A DNA stretch of 26,795 nucleotides, from positions 1-26,795 of IMG/VR virus record IMGVR_UViG_3300006071_001396; one strand, given 5' to 3'. The stretch is from a virus. Its lineage: Duplodnaviria > Caudoviricetes. Below the pieces are notes generated by a model. It saw only the letters and a list, made by a program, of their open reading frames with translations, was not told the origin of the DNA and searched no databases. Of the stretch, positions 8,510-17,285 are shown piece by piece; within the stretch, counting starts at the first letter, position 1; every line of letters begins with the position of its first letter. The translations under genes and the position numbers were made by a program.

Positions 8510-9067
8510 TTACTTTATCCCATACAGATCTATAGTTGATCCTGCTGTAAAATAATTAGAACTTGGTTGCGGTGTTACTGCAAAATTTAAAGAAGTAATT
8601 GGATTGCTATCAGCTACATATATAGACTCTTGCTCTATAAAAACACCTGTTGATGAATTTACGTGACCGCCCCAAATATGCATGCTTTTAGTAATAATTG
8701 AAGATGTATAATTAAAAATATCAATATTTAAAGTTATAAAAGCATTTGAATCAGATGTCATAGCAAGACTTGAAAAATTATAAGTATTATATGTTGCAGA
8801 ATTACTTGAGGTTGAACCGTAATTATAATATGATAAATAATCTAGGTAGCTACCATTTGCTGGCTGACTATTCCACCATATAGCTGATGTATTAGGTTGA
8901 CCTGCAGAAAAAATTACTTTTAAATGATTATATGTTTGGGGTATTGAATTAAAAGTCAGTACACCTTGTGACCCATTAGATGACAAACTACCAATTTTAT
9001 AAAAATTGCCCACAAATGTTTTTCTAGAAGAGTCTACTGAACCTGGTATAGGAGTATTTATAGGCAT
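8510..9067 (-). CDS. Paralogous beta-rich virion-associated protein (copy 1 of 3); start revised to 9067
   Basis: LTFNSIPQTYNHLKVI ... PITSLNF ... DLYGI. ATG at 9067 (MPINTPIPG) overlaps the upstream stop as TAATG and is in frame with ORF 8510..9121. Confidence 0.7.
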   Translation of the reverse strand: MPINTPIPGSVDSSRKTFVGNFYKIGSLSSNGSQGVLTFNSIPQTYNHLKVIFSAGQPNTSAIWWNSQPANGSYLDYLSYYNYGSTSSNSATYNTYNFSSLAMTSDSNAFITLNIDIFNYTSSIITKSMHIWGGHVNSSTGVFIEQESIYVADSNPITSLNFAVTPQPSSNYFTAGSTIDLYGIK

Positions 9068-9663
9068 TAAACTATATCTCCAATTACCGTAAATGTTGGT
9101 GTAGATCCTCCTACTAAACAAATTATTGTTGCAGAAGAATACTGCTGTCTTGTTACGGGAGAATTAGTTGTTTGTCCTGTTGAGGTCAATGTTACATTTG
9201 AAGCTCCCACTATAGTAACAGGTTGCGTGTTTTGTTGTTGAATATTTATAACTTGCCCTGCTGAAAATACAGAAACGGGAAGTGTTGCAGTTATAGCAGA
9301 AGATGAATTTGTAAATCCTACAAAGTTACCAGTGTCGCCTGAAGCAAAAGTATATGACGTTCCTGACTGTGTCGTTACCGATGCTGATGGAGGAAATCCA
9401 GTTATTCCTTGTAGACCTTGCACCCCTTGTATACCCTGGGGGCTTTGTACGCCCTGAATTCCCTGTGGACCTTGCGGACCTTGTGGACCCTGCAAACCCT
9501 GAGCTTGCTGATACCCATACCCTTGTAAGCCTTGAGCTCCTTGTGTGCCCTGAACAGTTCCCACTGAATCCCATGTTGTTCCAGTCCAAACCCATGTTCT
9601 ACCGTTATAATAGTAAGTAGTAACATTTGGTGTTAATCCAGTTGTAGGAAAGTTGATAGCCAT
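9067..9663 (-). CDS. Collagen-like fibre protein with shared C-terminal domain (module 3)
   Basis: N-terminal [11 protein letters not shown] motif, Gly-X-Gln repeats, C-terminal SYT...QQ...[13 protein letters not shown]...QYSSAT.IC...TFTVIGDI. Confidence 0.75.
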   Translation of the reverse strand: MAINFPTTGLTPNVTTYYYNGRTWVWTGTTWDSVGTVQGTQGAQGLQGYGYQQAQGLQGPQGPQGPQGIQGVQSPQGIQGVQGLQGITGFPPSASVTTQSGTSYTFASGDTGNFVGFTNSSSAITATLPVSVFSAGQVINIQQQNTQPVTIVGASNVTLTSTGQTTNSPVTRQQYSSATIICLVGGSTPTFTVIGDIV

Positions 9664-9672
9664 GATACTCCT

Positions 9673-9678
9673 ATTATA
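9673..9678 (-). promoter_or_regulatory. Putative -10 promoter (TATAAT)
   Basis: TATAAT-aggagtatc-ATG (9 nt before the start at 9663). Confidence 0.55.
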
Positions 9679-9721
9679 CTATGATTTTGCTTTATTTAAT
9701 ATAAATGGTTTTGTCTAAAAA

Positions 9722-10321
9722 TCACTTATATTTATCTATTTGAGCTTGAATTTCTGTAGTAATCTGAACCCAACTATTTTCCCTAATGTCCCATAAATAG
9801 CTACTGCCGTCATTTGGCATGGGTGTTGTTGGCTCTGTTATTTCTATCCACTTATTGTTTATGGAATCATATGCATAATTTTTGCCATCTGCTGGTGGTT
9901 GATCAGAAACTAGTTCTGACGCCCCGTCAATTTCAACCCATTTTTCTTGAACTGGTGCCCAAATATAATTTTTACCATCATTTGGCTTTTCTATAGCAAG
10001 TTTCCATAAAAATGTTTCTTTATCAATTACATAAGGAAAATTTGAATCTGGTTTAGGAGGAATAAAAGCATCATTAACTTCATCATATGTATATCCAGGC
10101 CCTGCATAATTTTTTCTTATTGCTATACCCCCATCGGGTTTACCATCAGAGCCATAATGTATATTTCCTATTGTATTATATGAAGTTTGTAGCCATTTAC
10201 CATCTAAACCTAAAGACTTGATAAATGCTAAACCATCGCTTTCAGTTTTAGCGTCGTCATTGCTTACTACAATTACTTGTGTAACAACGTTATTATTATC
10301 AATTTGTGCAAAATGTGCCAT
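9722..10321 (-). CDS. Fibre-associated hypothetical protein with three C-terminal PxDG..Y....W repeats
   Basis: MAHFAQID...WLQTSYN...RKNYAGPGYTYD...DAFIPPKP. TAATG coupling to the upstream Gly-rich gene. Confidence 0.7.
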   Translation of the reverse strand: MAHFAQIDNNNVVTQVIVVSNDDAKTESDGLAFIKSLGLDGKWLQTSYNTIGNIHYGSDGKPDGGIAIRKNYAGPGYTYDEVNDAFIPPKPDSNFPYVIDKETFLWKLAIEKPNDGKNYIWAPVQEKWVEIDGASELVSDQPPADGKNYAYDSINNKWIEITEPTTPMPNDGSSYLWDIRENSWVQITTEIQAQIDKYK

Positions 10322-11121
10322 TAGAAAGTTATACTCCCTGAACTAGTAAATATATAATATCTTATACCATTTGAAACATTTGTGGTAAAAGAACCAGTAG
10401 CTGTTGAAGCTGGAGGAAAATTTGATGGATATGAAAAAACAATAATACCGCTAGATCCTGCAGTTCCAGGATTTCCTGGCAACCCGCCGCTTCCAGTATT
10501 TACTCCAGGCTGATTGGTATTCGGTTGACCACCTACACCCAAAGTTCCACCAACCGAAGGAATGCTTACTCCTGAACCCACACTTCCGCTTGTTGCACTC
10601 ATATTATAAAACACTTGTGCAAGATAAGAAATTAAATTTCCGCTTCCATCATATGAATAGCTTGTATAAACTTGTGGTGCTTGTATAATACCTACTTGTC
10701 CTAAATATGTAAATCCATTTTGTGTTGAATTTCCTCCTCCACCCGCATTTGAATTCGCATAGCCTGGGGTAGATGGAGCTGAGTTATTAATACCTGGATT
10801 TAAAGCTGGGTTAAAATATGTTGTTATCTGAGAAGTTGTATTTTGTGCGGTTGATGCAGCAGCTCCACCCGCTCCAACTGTAAAAGTTATTGTTTCTTTT
10901 TTTAAAACAGGTTGATTTAAAAACTGTGTATACCCTCCGCCGCCGCCACCGCCGCCTTGATATTGCCAATACTGATATTGTGTAAAAGAATAACCTATAT
11001 ATAAAAATGTAGAGGCAAAGTTTACATATTCATTTGCTCCACCACTACCTCCACCTAAAGCATATATATTTAAAGGTATTATTTTAGAAGCAGAAGCAAG
11101 AGATGATGCAAAACGAGCCAT
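10321..11121 (-). CDS. Glycine-rich protein, putative fibre-tip adhesin (module 2); start revised to 11121
   Basis: LGGGSGG, GGGGGGGG, ITFTVGAGG, NTGSGG...GSSGIIVFSY, YYIFTSSGSITF. ATG at 11121 (MARFASS) overlaps the upstream stop as TAATG. Confidence 0.7.
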   Translation of the reverse strand: MARFASSLASASKIIPLNIYALGGGSGGANEYVNFASTFLYIGYSFTQYQYWQYQGGGGGGGGYTQFLNQPVLKKETITFTVGAGGAAASTAQNTTSQITTYFNPALNPGINNSAPSTPGYANSNAGGGGNSTQNGFTYLGQVGIIQAPQVYTSYSYDGSGNLISYLAQVFYNMSATSGSVGSGVSIPSVGGTLGVGGQPNTNQPGVNTGSGGLPGNPGTAGSSGIIVFSYPSNFPPASTATGSFTTNVSNGIRYYIFTSSGSITF

Positions 11122-12836
11122 TATGCAATATCCCCAGATATCCACCAAGTGTCTGTAGCTATTTTGACGGCGGTAGCACCTGAGTATTGCGTTCTTAATA
11201 ATGGAGCTGCTGGAGTAGTTGAAACAGAAGTTATAGTTGTTGTCCCTGGTGTTACTGCAGTAAAAGTTGTTTGTCCTGTGCCTAACTGAACTACTGTTAA
11301 TGAAGTACCTACAGGATAAGGAACTGAAGCATTAGTTGGAATTAATACGTTATTTGCAGAACTATTATTTGTTGTAATAACAGATGCAGCATCAGAAAGA
11401 ACGGTTGTATAAGAAACAGTTGATCCTGAATTTTCTGAATTTATTGAATATGTAATTACTGGTGCGGTTAATGTTAAACCTGCAATAGTAGAAATTTTTT
11501 GTCCTGAAGGAATATCGGTTGTGCCTAAAGTTGGTGTTGAATATGAAACACCTGTGTTACCTTGAGTTCCTTGTGCGCCCTGTAATCCCTGAATTCCTTG
11601 TCCCGCATATGCCCCATTAAGACCTTGCAGCCCCTGAAAACCTTGACTTCCTTGCAGACCTTGGAAACCTTGTAATCCCTGTAAGCCTTGTAGACCAGAT
11701 TGATTATTATAAGATTCAAACCATTCTGTTCCGTCCCAAATATAAGTTTTACCTGTATTAGAATTAACCCATCCTTCCCCAATAATTGGAGAATTTGGGG
11801 CAGATGAAGATATTACATAGCTTGCAGCTATACCTTGAATGCCCTGTAATCCTTGTGGCCCTTGCAGACCTTGTGAGCCTTGTGCCCCTTGTAATCCCTG
11901 TGGACTTTGTAATCCCTGTGTGCCCTGTAATCCTTGTGGCCCTTGCAGACCTTGTGAGCCTTGTTGCCCCTGCAAACCTTGTATTCCCTGTAAACCCTGA
12001 GTTCCCTGAATTGCAACACCATTTGACTTAGCCCAATTTATTGGGTCTACGCCAACAACAATATTTTCATCATGTGTACCTGAACCTTCTTGTGCAACCA
12101 TAATCCATGTTGTATCAAGATTTGATCCTGCAGTTCCGCCATATACAGCTAAAAATACACCTGCTTGAATTTGTGTTGCACTTGCAAAACCATCAAAATC
12201 TGTTGCACGAGTTAATTTCCAATAGTGTGTTGAATCACCTTGTGACAATGTATAAACACCATTTTGTTTTGGATCAACTTGATCTTTAACAAGAATTCTA
12301 TCGCCAGCATCTGCTACAACTGGTGTATATCCATCAATTGTTAATGCACCATATGTTGTTGCTGTAAGAGTGGCACCTTTTCCGTACCCGCCGTCTGCAC
12401 CTAAAGTTGTTCCTGCTGCATAAACTGGTGAGTTTGGAAGAGCTCCTGTTGTTGCAGCTTCTACTCCATTAATTGCAATAGATGGACCTGCTGGGCCTAT
12501 TATTCCTTGTATACCCTGTATACCCTGCAAACCCTGTGGGCTTTGTATACCTTGGGTTCCTTGAACGCCCTGGTTTCCTTGATTTCCCTGAAGCCCCTGT
12601 TGTCCTTGTAAACCTTGAGACCCTTGTGCCCCTTGTAATCCCTGTGGACTTTGTAATCCCTGTGTGCCCTGTAATCCTTGTGGGCCTTGTAAACCTTGTG
12701 TTCCTTGTGGTCCTGGATGAACATCAACATATGCACCAATATCTTCAGCCAATGCCTGAATATCCCTAGGTACATTTGGTGTATCTGTAAGGGATGGATA
12801 TCTGAACAAATGCGGAGATTCAGTATATTGTGTCAT
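11121..12836 (-). CDS. Long collagen-like fibre protein (module 2)
   Basis: Three Gly-X-Gln blocks. GDRILVKDQ...QNGVY...LTRATD domain seen in phage fibres. [20 protein letters not shown] motif. Shared C-terminal domain ending [11 protein letters not shown]...WWISGDIA. Confidence 0.8.
   Translation of the reverse strand: MTQYTESPHLFRYPSLTDTPNVPRDIQALAEDIGAYVDVHPGPQGTQGLQGPQGLQGTQGLQSPQGLQGAQGSQGLQGQQGLQGNQGNQGVQGTQGIQSPQGLQGIQGIQGIIGPAGPSIAINGVEAATTGALPNSPVYAAGTTLGADGGYGKGATLTATTYGALTIDGYTPVVADAGDRILVKDQVDPKQNGVYTLSQGDSTHYWKLTRATDFDGFASATQIQAGVFLAVYGGTAGSNLDTTWIMVAQEGSGTHDENIVVGVDPINWAKSNGVAIQGTQGLQGIQGLQGQQGSQGLQGPQGLQGTQGLQSPQGLQGAQGSQGLQGPQGLQGIQGIAASYVISSSAPNSPIIGEGWVNSNTGKTYIWDGTEWFESYNNQSGLQGLQGLQGFQGLQGSQGFQGLQGLNGAYAGQGIQGLQGAQGTQGNTGVSYSTPTLGTTDIPSGQKISTIAGLTLTAPVITYSINSENSGSTVSYTTVLSDAASVITTNNSSANNVLIPTNASVPYPVGTSLTVVQLGTGQTTFTAVTPGTTTITSVSTTPAAPLLRTQYSGATAVKIATDTWWISGDIA
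11840..12683. repeat. Exact direct repeats inside the collagen coding blocks
   Basis: 62-nt identity 11878-11939 = 12622-12683; 44-nt identity 11840-11883 = 11921-11964. Confidence 0.85.
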
Positions 12837-12844
12837 ATGCTATA

Positions 12845-12853
12845 AGTATACCA
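12845..12853 (-). promoter_or_regulatory. Putative leaderless extended -10 promoter (TGGTATACT)
   Basis: 8 nt before the ATG at 12836; no SD. Confidence 0.6.
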
Positions 12854-12878
12854 AATTAGCGGAAAAATGCTAATATTT

Positions 12879-13433
12879 TTAAACAGGAATAGACAGGTTA
12901 TGTTCTACGGCTTTGCGATATTGTTCTGATATATCTTGTGTCAAAAGGGATTTAAAGGTCTCTATTGACTCCTCCCGCCGTCCTACGTACCATCCAGCGA
13001 CAGCCTTCTCGAACTCTAGGCAATACTTTCCTAAATACTCTACATCTAATGGAAGTTTATTTAATCTGCCACCAGAAAAAACTAGACCAATTTCTGACAT
13101 AGTGTAACACTCTTGCCACTTCTGAGTTCTTTCATAATATCTAGCCAACAAGAAATATGCTTCTGGTCTTTGTGGATTATAGGCTATTGCTTTCTCCAAT
13201 AAATTTCTGACAGTATGTGTTCTATTTTGTTGACCATCAAAACAAATTGAAGATCTGATTAAAGACGCATATACATGTTCTGGATGAGTGTCATACCCAT
13301 ATTCTGCAGTTCTTAAATAGAAAGAAATTGCAGCAGCTGTCTGACCAATCTTTTCATATTCATTTGCAATCAATGTATTAAGAACTGGATCAAATGAATT
13401 ACTTGATAATTTAGTTATAAGTTCATTAAGCAT
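12879..13433 (-). CDS. TPR-repeat protein
   Basis: Helical repeats (AAAISFYLRTAE; LLEKAIAYNPQRPEAYFLLARYYE). Overlaps the upstream propeller gene by 8 nt. Confidence 0.75.
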   Translation of the reverse strand: MLNELITKLSSNSFDPVLNTLIANEYEKIGQTAAAISFYLRTAEYGYDTHPEHVYASLIRSSICFDGQQNRTHTVRNLLEKAIAYNPQRPEAYFLLARYYERTQKWQECYTMSEIGLVFSGGRLNKLPLDVEYLGKYCLEFEKAVAGWYVGRREESIETFKSLLTQDISEQYRKAVEHNLSIPV

Positions 13434-14421
13434 TTATTGCCTCATCAATCAATTCATTAACTAAATTTGCGGGGACATTAAGAATAAATGCTGCATTATC
13501 AACAAATCCAAATGTTAATAATAAGTCACCATTATATATGGCAGCACCAGAACAGAATTCAATCTGCCCGTCCAAAAATGACCAAACTTCTGGAGACATG
13601 CCAATCAGTGTAAAGTTATCATCCCAGACACATAATCTATGGCGGTATGTTCCATTTTTCTGACCTAGATAATTTTTAAATAACACTACTTCGTGAGTTA
13701 TGGCTATATAGTAATTATTCCATCTAATTACTTGAGACCCGCCTCTTTGATCAAAGTTATCAAATCTACTTGTATTTAAAGATATTTGAGATGAGGCATT
13801 AACACCTTCATATGCTTGAACAACTTCTGTAGGATTAGTCCATTTAATATATTGATAATCTTTGTCAAGAATTGGCATCCAGTTCTTTTCACAATATGAT
13901 GTTTCATCAATTGGGGCGGGAATTCTTACACGAGATACTTCTTTACAAGTCCAATTATCCTTATCAATATTTAATTCTGATAATTCCGTTCTACCTTGAC
14001 CATTAGTAGTAGTATCTCTTCTGACTCCCGTCGCATAATACTTATTATTCCATTTTACTAGACGGGCATCTTCTAATCCAACAAATTCCCATATTGGTTC
14101 ATGTAGATTTAACATCTCAATTTGACAATAGTTAATTATATTAAGATCTGAGTCCAAACGGCATAGGTAATTTGTTGTTCTAAGATGTTGGTCTTGTTCT
14201 GGATGTAAATAGCTTAATGGACCCCATATGCTTGGAAATCTTTGATCATTTTCAGCATGATATAGGGTATAGTTTATATGACGTAATATGCAAAGTAAAT
14301 CACCATTATCATCTATAAATATAGATGGATTCATTAAACCAGTCCCGTCAGTTATTTCGGGCGGGATTATTAATGGCAATAACTTACCACCGTTTGAAAC
14401 GGATCTTTCTACAAGATTCAT
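13426..14421 (-). CDS. Five-bladed beta-propeller carbohydrate-active enzyme (GH130-like hydrolase/phosphorylase or related transferase)
   Basis: NPSI, GLEDARL, EKNWMP, RGGSQ, IEFCSG and LTFG.VD blade motifs. Confidence 0.65.
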   Translation of the reverse strand: MNLVERSVSNGGKLLPLIIPPEITDGTGLMNPSIFIDDNGDLLCILRHINYTLYHAENDQRFPSIWGPLSYLHPEQDQHLRTTNYLCRLDSDLNIINYCQIEMLNLHEPIWEFVGLEDARLVKWNNKYYATGVRRDTTTNGQGRTELSELNIDKDNWTCKEVSRVRIPAPIDETSYCEKNWMPILDKDYQYIKWTNPTEVVQAYEGVNASSQISLNTSRFDNFDQRGGSQVIRWNNYYIAITHEVVLFKNYLGQKNGTYRHRLCVWDDNFTLIGMSPEVWSFLDGQIEFCSGAAIYNGDLLLTFGFVDNAAFILNVPANLVNELIDEAINA

Positions 14422-14427
14422 TTATTG

Positions 14428-14457
14428 AGTATATCCTATCTAGTATGCTTTTGTAAA
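14428..14457 (-). promoter_or_regulatory. Putative leaderless promoter TTTACA-N18-TATACT
   Basis: -10 box 6 nt before the ATG at 14421; no SD. Confidence 0.65.
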
Positions 14458-14461
14458 GTTA

Positions 14462-15307
14462 TTATCCGCCTACCGCAGATTTTAAATATCTAATTACTAT
14501 TGCTCCAGAGTGACCGCTGTTGCCAATTGAGCCGCCTTGTCCTCCACCACCAGTGTTTGATAATCCATTACCATATCCATTTGTGCCAATTTTTCCACCA
14601 CTAGCTGGAGTTCTTCCGCCGCCGCCTCCGCCTAAATAATAAACTCCACTTACGTTTTGACCAATCCCCACAATTTGGCAAATACTTGAATAAGAAGAAG
14701 TTCCACTTCCTCCATTTCCTGCTGTTCCTGAGCCACCATTTGTGCCTGTTGTGCTCATTCCGCCGCCTCCGCCGCCGCCACGTAAATTAACATTTGTAGA
14801 TTTAAATCCTGATCCGCCAGAATTTCCACCTCCGCTGCCTGGAGATCCACCAGGGTTTGTTCCTGAGCCAGAACCTCCAAAACCACCAGCTCCAGATCCT
14901 GCAGGTGAACCTCCTGAACCGCCTGAACCCGAGCCACCGTTGCCTGCAGAAATTATTGTACTATTTGAACTATTATTTACAATAGATGAAGAATCAGACC
15001 CACCAACACTTATACTATAAGTATCTGATGGCATTGCTACAGTTGAATAAACTACTCCGCCGCCGCCTCCGCCTCCTCCAGAAGCGTTGTTATAACCACT
15101 ACCGCCACCGCCTACAGTTAATATATCAGCAGTTAATGATCCTCCAGATACTGTAAAAGTGTCTGCTCCAGTATTTTTATAAGCAGCATAATAATATGTG
15201 CTATCAGAATAAACTGATGCACTTCCTGTATTAACTGTTATTGAACTTCCGCCGCCTGAAGAATGACCCAAGTTAGCTGATTGAATTATCCCTAATGGTA
15301 TTTGCAT
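14462..15307 (-). CDS. Glycine-rich protein, putative fibre-tip adhesin (module 1)
   Basis: ADILTVGGGGSG..GGGGGGGG, many GxG runs, YYLGGGGGG, NTGGGG...GHSGAIVIRY. Starts 8 nt after the collagen gene stop. Confidence 0.72.
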   Translation of the reverse strand: MQIPLGIIQSANLGHSSGGGSSITVNTGSASVYSDSTYYYAAYKNTGADTFTVSGGSLTADILTVGGGGSGYNNASGGGGGGGGVVYSTVAMPSDTYSISVGGSDSSSIVNNSSNSTIISAGNGGSGSGGSGGSPAGSGAGGFGGSGSGTNPGGSPGSGGGNSGGSGFKSTNVNLRGGGGGGGMSTTGTNGGSGTAGNGGSGTSSYSSICQIVGIGQNVSGVYYLGGGGGGRTPASGGKIGTNGYGNGLSNTGGGGQGGSIGNSGHSGAIVIRYLKSAVGG

Positions 15308-15315
15308 TTAAATTC

Positions 15316-15906
15316 CTATGCTATAAAACCAATTACGGTAAATGTATTTGTTCCTGTACATATTACTGAACAAGCAGCATATTGTGCACCTGTTTTTGGG
15401 GATGATGCTGTTGCACCTGTAGATGTAATTGTAACTCCACTAGCTCCAGAAATTGTTACTTGTCCCGCCCCGATTTGCTGAACATTAAACCAGTCACCCG
15501 TGCTGAATGTAGATGCGGGTACTGTGACGTTTGTTCCTCCTGATGCATTAACAGTAATGATCTTATACAAATCACTTGATTGTGCAGTATAGCTTGCTGT
15601 TTGTGCATTGAATGAATATGAGTTTGAAGCTGATGATCCTGCAGTACCCTGTGAACCCTGAATTGCTTGTCCTTGCAATCCTTGTATTCCTTGAACGCCT
15701 TGTGTGCCAGTTCCTGTGGATCCTTGAGAACCTGTCGCACCCTGTGAACCCGTAGACCCTTGTAGCCCTTGTAATCCTTGTGCACCTGCTGGGCCTTGAA
15801 CGGCGGCGGTAGTCTGTTGTGTCCCATCAGCAAACATAATGCCATTATCAAACTTGGCAATACCCTTGTCTTCTAGACTATTTACTTCAAATATTTGCTC
15901 GGACAT
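15316..15906 (-). CDS. Short collagen-like fibre protein with shared C-terminal domain (module 1)
   Basis: FADGTQQTTA motif, Gly-X-Gln repeats, C-terminal ASYT...VQQIGAGQVTISGASGVTITS...QYAAC..IC...TFTVIGFIA. Confidence 0.75.
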   Translation of the reverse strand: MSEQIFEVNSLEDKGIAKFDNGIMFADGTQQTTAAVQGPAGAQGLQGLQGSTGSQGATGSQGSTGTGTQGVQGIQGLQGQAIQGSQGTAGSSASNSYSFNAQTASYTAQSSDLYKIITVNASGGTNVTVPASTFSTGDWFNVQQIGAGQVTISGASGVTITSTGATASSPKTGAQYAACSVICTGTNTFTVIGFIA

Positions 15907-15911
15907 ATAAC

Positions 15912-15929
15912 ACCTCAGATCCTATTATA
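15912..15929 (-). promoter_or_regulatory. Putative -10 (TATAAT) and SD (GAGGT) for the module 1 collagen gene
   Basis: gcTATAATaggatctGAGGTgttatATG. Confidence 0.5.
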
Positions 15930-15931
15930 GC

Positions 15932-16267
15932 TTAATTTCGTCCATAATCATCATCTAAACGCTCTATATCATCTTCACCAAAATATGTGCCAGACTGTAC
16001 TTCTATGAATTCTACAGGGTTATTTAGTGCACCTATTCTGTGCAATTCCCCCGCCTTTATGTCTACGGAGTCACCTGGCATCAATGATCTTGTATACCCG
16101 TCTATTGTAACCGAGGCGGGACCTGAAACAATAAACCAGTGCTCAGAACGATATTGATGTTTTTGATAAGATAATCTATTATAAGGTTCTATGTAAATGT
16201 ATTTAACTTTATGATTGTCCGATTCTTTTAAAGTTTCATAGAAACCCCAGGGTCTTGTTTCTTTCAT
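15932..16267 (-). CDS. Stand-alone cupin, mannose-6-phosphate isomerase type II (ManC C-terminal)-like
   Basis: RPWG, LSYQKHQYRSEHW, HRI, IEVQSGTYFGEDDIERL.DDYGR. Confidence 0.88.
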   Translation of the reverse strand: MKETRPWGFYETLKESDNHKVKYIYIEPYNRLSYQKHQYRSEHWFIVSGPASVTIDGYTRSLMPGDSVDIKAGELHRIGALNNPVEFIEVQSGTYFGEDDIERLDDDYGRN

Positions 16268-16268
16268 C

Positions 16269-17276
16269 TTATATTTCTGTCCATTCTGGATTATTAATTG
16301 TCCACTCTATTGTTTTTTGAAGAGAATCTTCAAATTTTACAGGCAACTTCCAGCCCAAATCTTTCATTTTTGTTCCATCAAGTGCATACCTTAAATCATG
16401 ACCTGGCCTATACGAATTAACATCAACAATTTCATAATTTAATTTTTTACCCATCATGTCAGCAATAATTTGTGCAAGTTCTAGATTGCTTATTTCTTTT
16501 TCTCCAACTATATTAAATTTTTCTGGATGAGAAACTTCACCAAATTTAGGAAAATTTTGATTTAAAACAAATAAAAGACCATCAGCTTTATTTCTTGCAT
16601 GTAAATAAAACCTGCTTCCGACTTCTCCATCCTTTGATCCATGAATTGTAACAACATCATTTTCATAAACCTTTTTTATAATCATAGGAACAAACTTTTC
16701 TGGATCCTGCATTTCTCCAAAAATATTCATAGTATTTGTTATTGCTACTGGTACACCATAAGTTCTCCAATAAGAATAAGCTATGCTTTCTTGAGATGCC
16801 TTGCTTGCACTGTAAGGGTTACTTGGAAAATGACTTTCCCATTCTACATGTTTATGTCCATCGGGAGTTGGGCCATAAACCTCGTCCGTTGATATATGTA
16901 AGAATTTTTCTGGCTCTGCTATTCTTGCCCAATCTAAAAGATTACACATCAAAGAAACATTATTTAATATAAAAGGTGTTGGCAAATCTATGCTTCTATT
17001 AACATGAGATTCGCTTGCAATATTTATAACATAATCAATCTTCCCAAATTCCATCGAAGTTATTTTTGATATAGGTGAAGATAAATCACATTTAATTACT
17101 TTTACTCTTTCAGAAGAACCACTTACTTGATCCAATACTAGCCTAACTCTATCTGAGAGCCCTTTATGAGTAAAAGAAACGGGGCATATAATAAACCAAT
17201 CTGTATTTACCAATATATGTTTTAATACATGGCTTCCTACAAATCCAGAAGCACCCGTAAGTAAAACTCTTTTCAT
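16269..17276 (-). CDS. rmlB: dTDP-glucose 4,6-dehydratase-like extended SDR
   Basis: TGASGFVG, ASESHVNRSI, STDEVYG, YSASK, EKFVP, RPGHDLRYA. Confidence 0.88.
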   Translation of the reverse strand: MKRVLLTGASGFVGSHVLKHILVNTDWFIICPVSFTHKGLSDRVRLVLDQVSGSSERVKVIKCDLSSPISKITSMEFGKIDYVINIASESHVNRSIDLPTPFILNNVSLMCNLLDWARIAEPEKFLHISTDEVYGPTPDGHKHVEWESHFPSNPYSASKASQESIAYSYWRTYGVPVAITNTMNIFGEMQDPEKFVPMIIKKVYENDVVTIHGSKDGEVGSRFYLHARNKADGLLFVLNQNFPKFGEVSHPEKFNIVGEKEISNLELAQIIADMMGKKLNYEIVDVNSYRPGHDLRYALDGTKMKDLGWKLPVKFEDSLQKTIEWTINNPEWTEI

Positions 17277-17285
17277 TATTTCCCC

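Noticed and set aside
9068-9121. Longer start for ORF 8510..9121 (likewise 11148 for 10321..11148)
   Set aside because: Would overlap the upstream gene extensively; TAATG-coupled ATGs at 9067 and 11121 are more plausible.
12856-12873. Short inverted repeat TTAGC...GCTAA upstream of a promoter as a shared operator
   Set aside because: Only a 5-6 bp stem and the sequence does not recur at the other promoters.
9326-15860. Alternative-frame and antisense ORFs over collagen and Gly-rich genes (e.g. 11828..12022, 12500..12775, 14742..15020, 15456..15860)
   Set aside because: Shadow ORFs caused by repetitive codons lacking stops; no SD or promoter support.
7421-15906. Diversity-generating retroelement or invertase shufflon acting on fibre tips
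   Set aside because: No reverse transcriptase or recombinase in the window, no adenine-specific TR/VR pair noticed, and all modules share one orientation.
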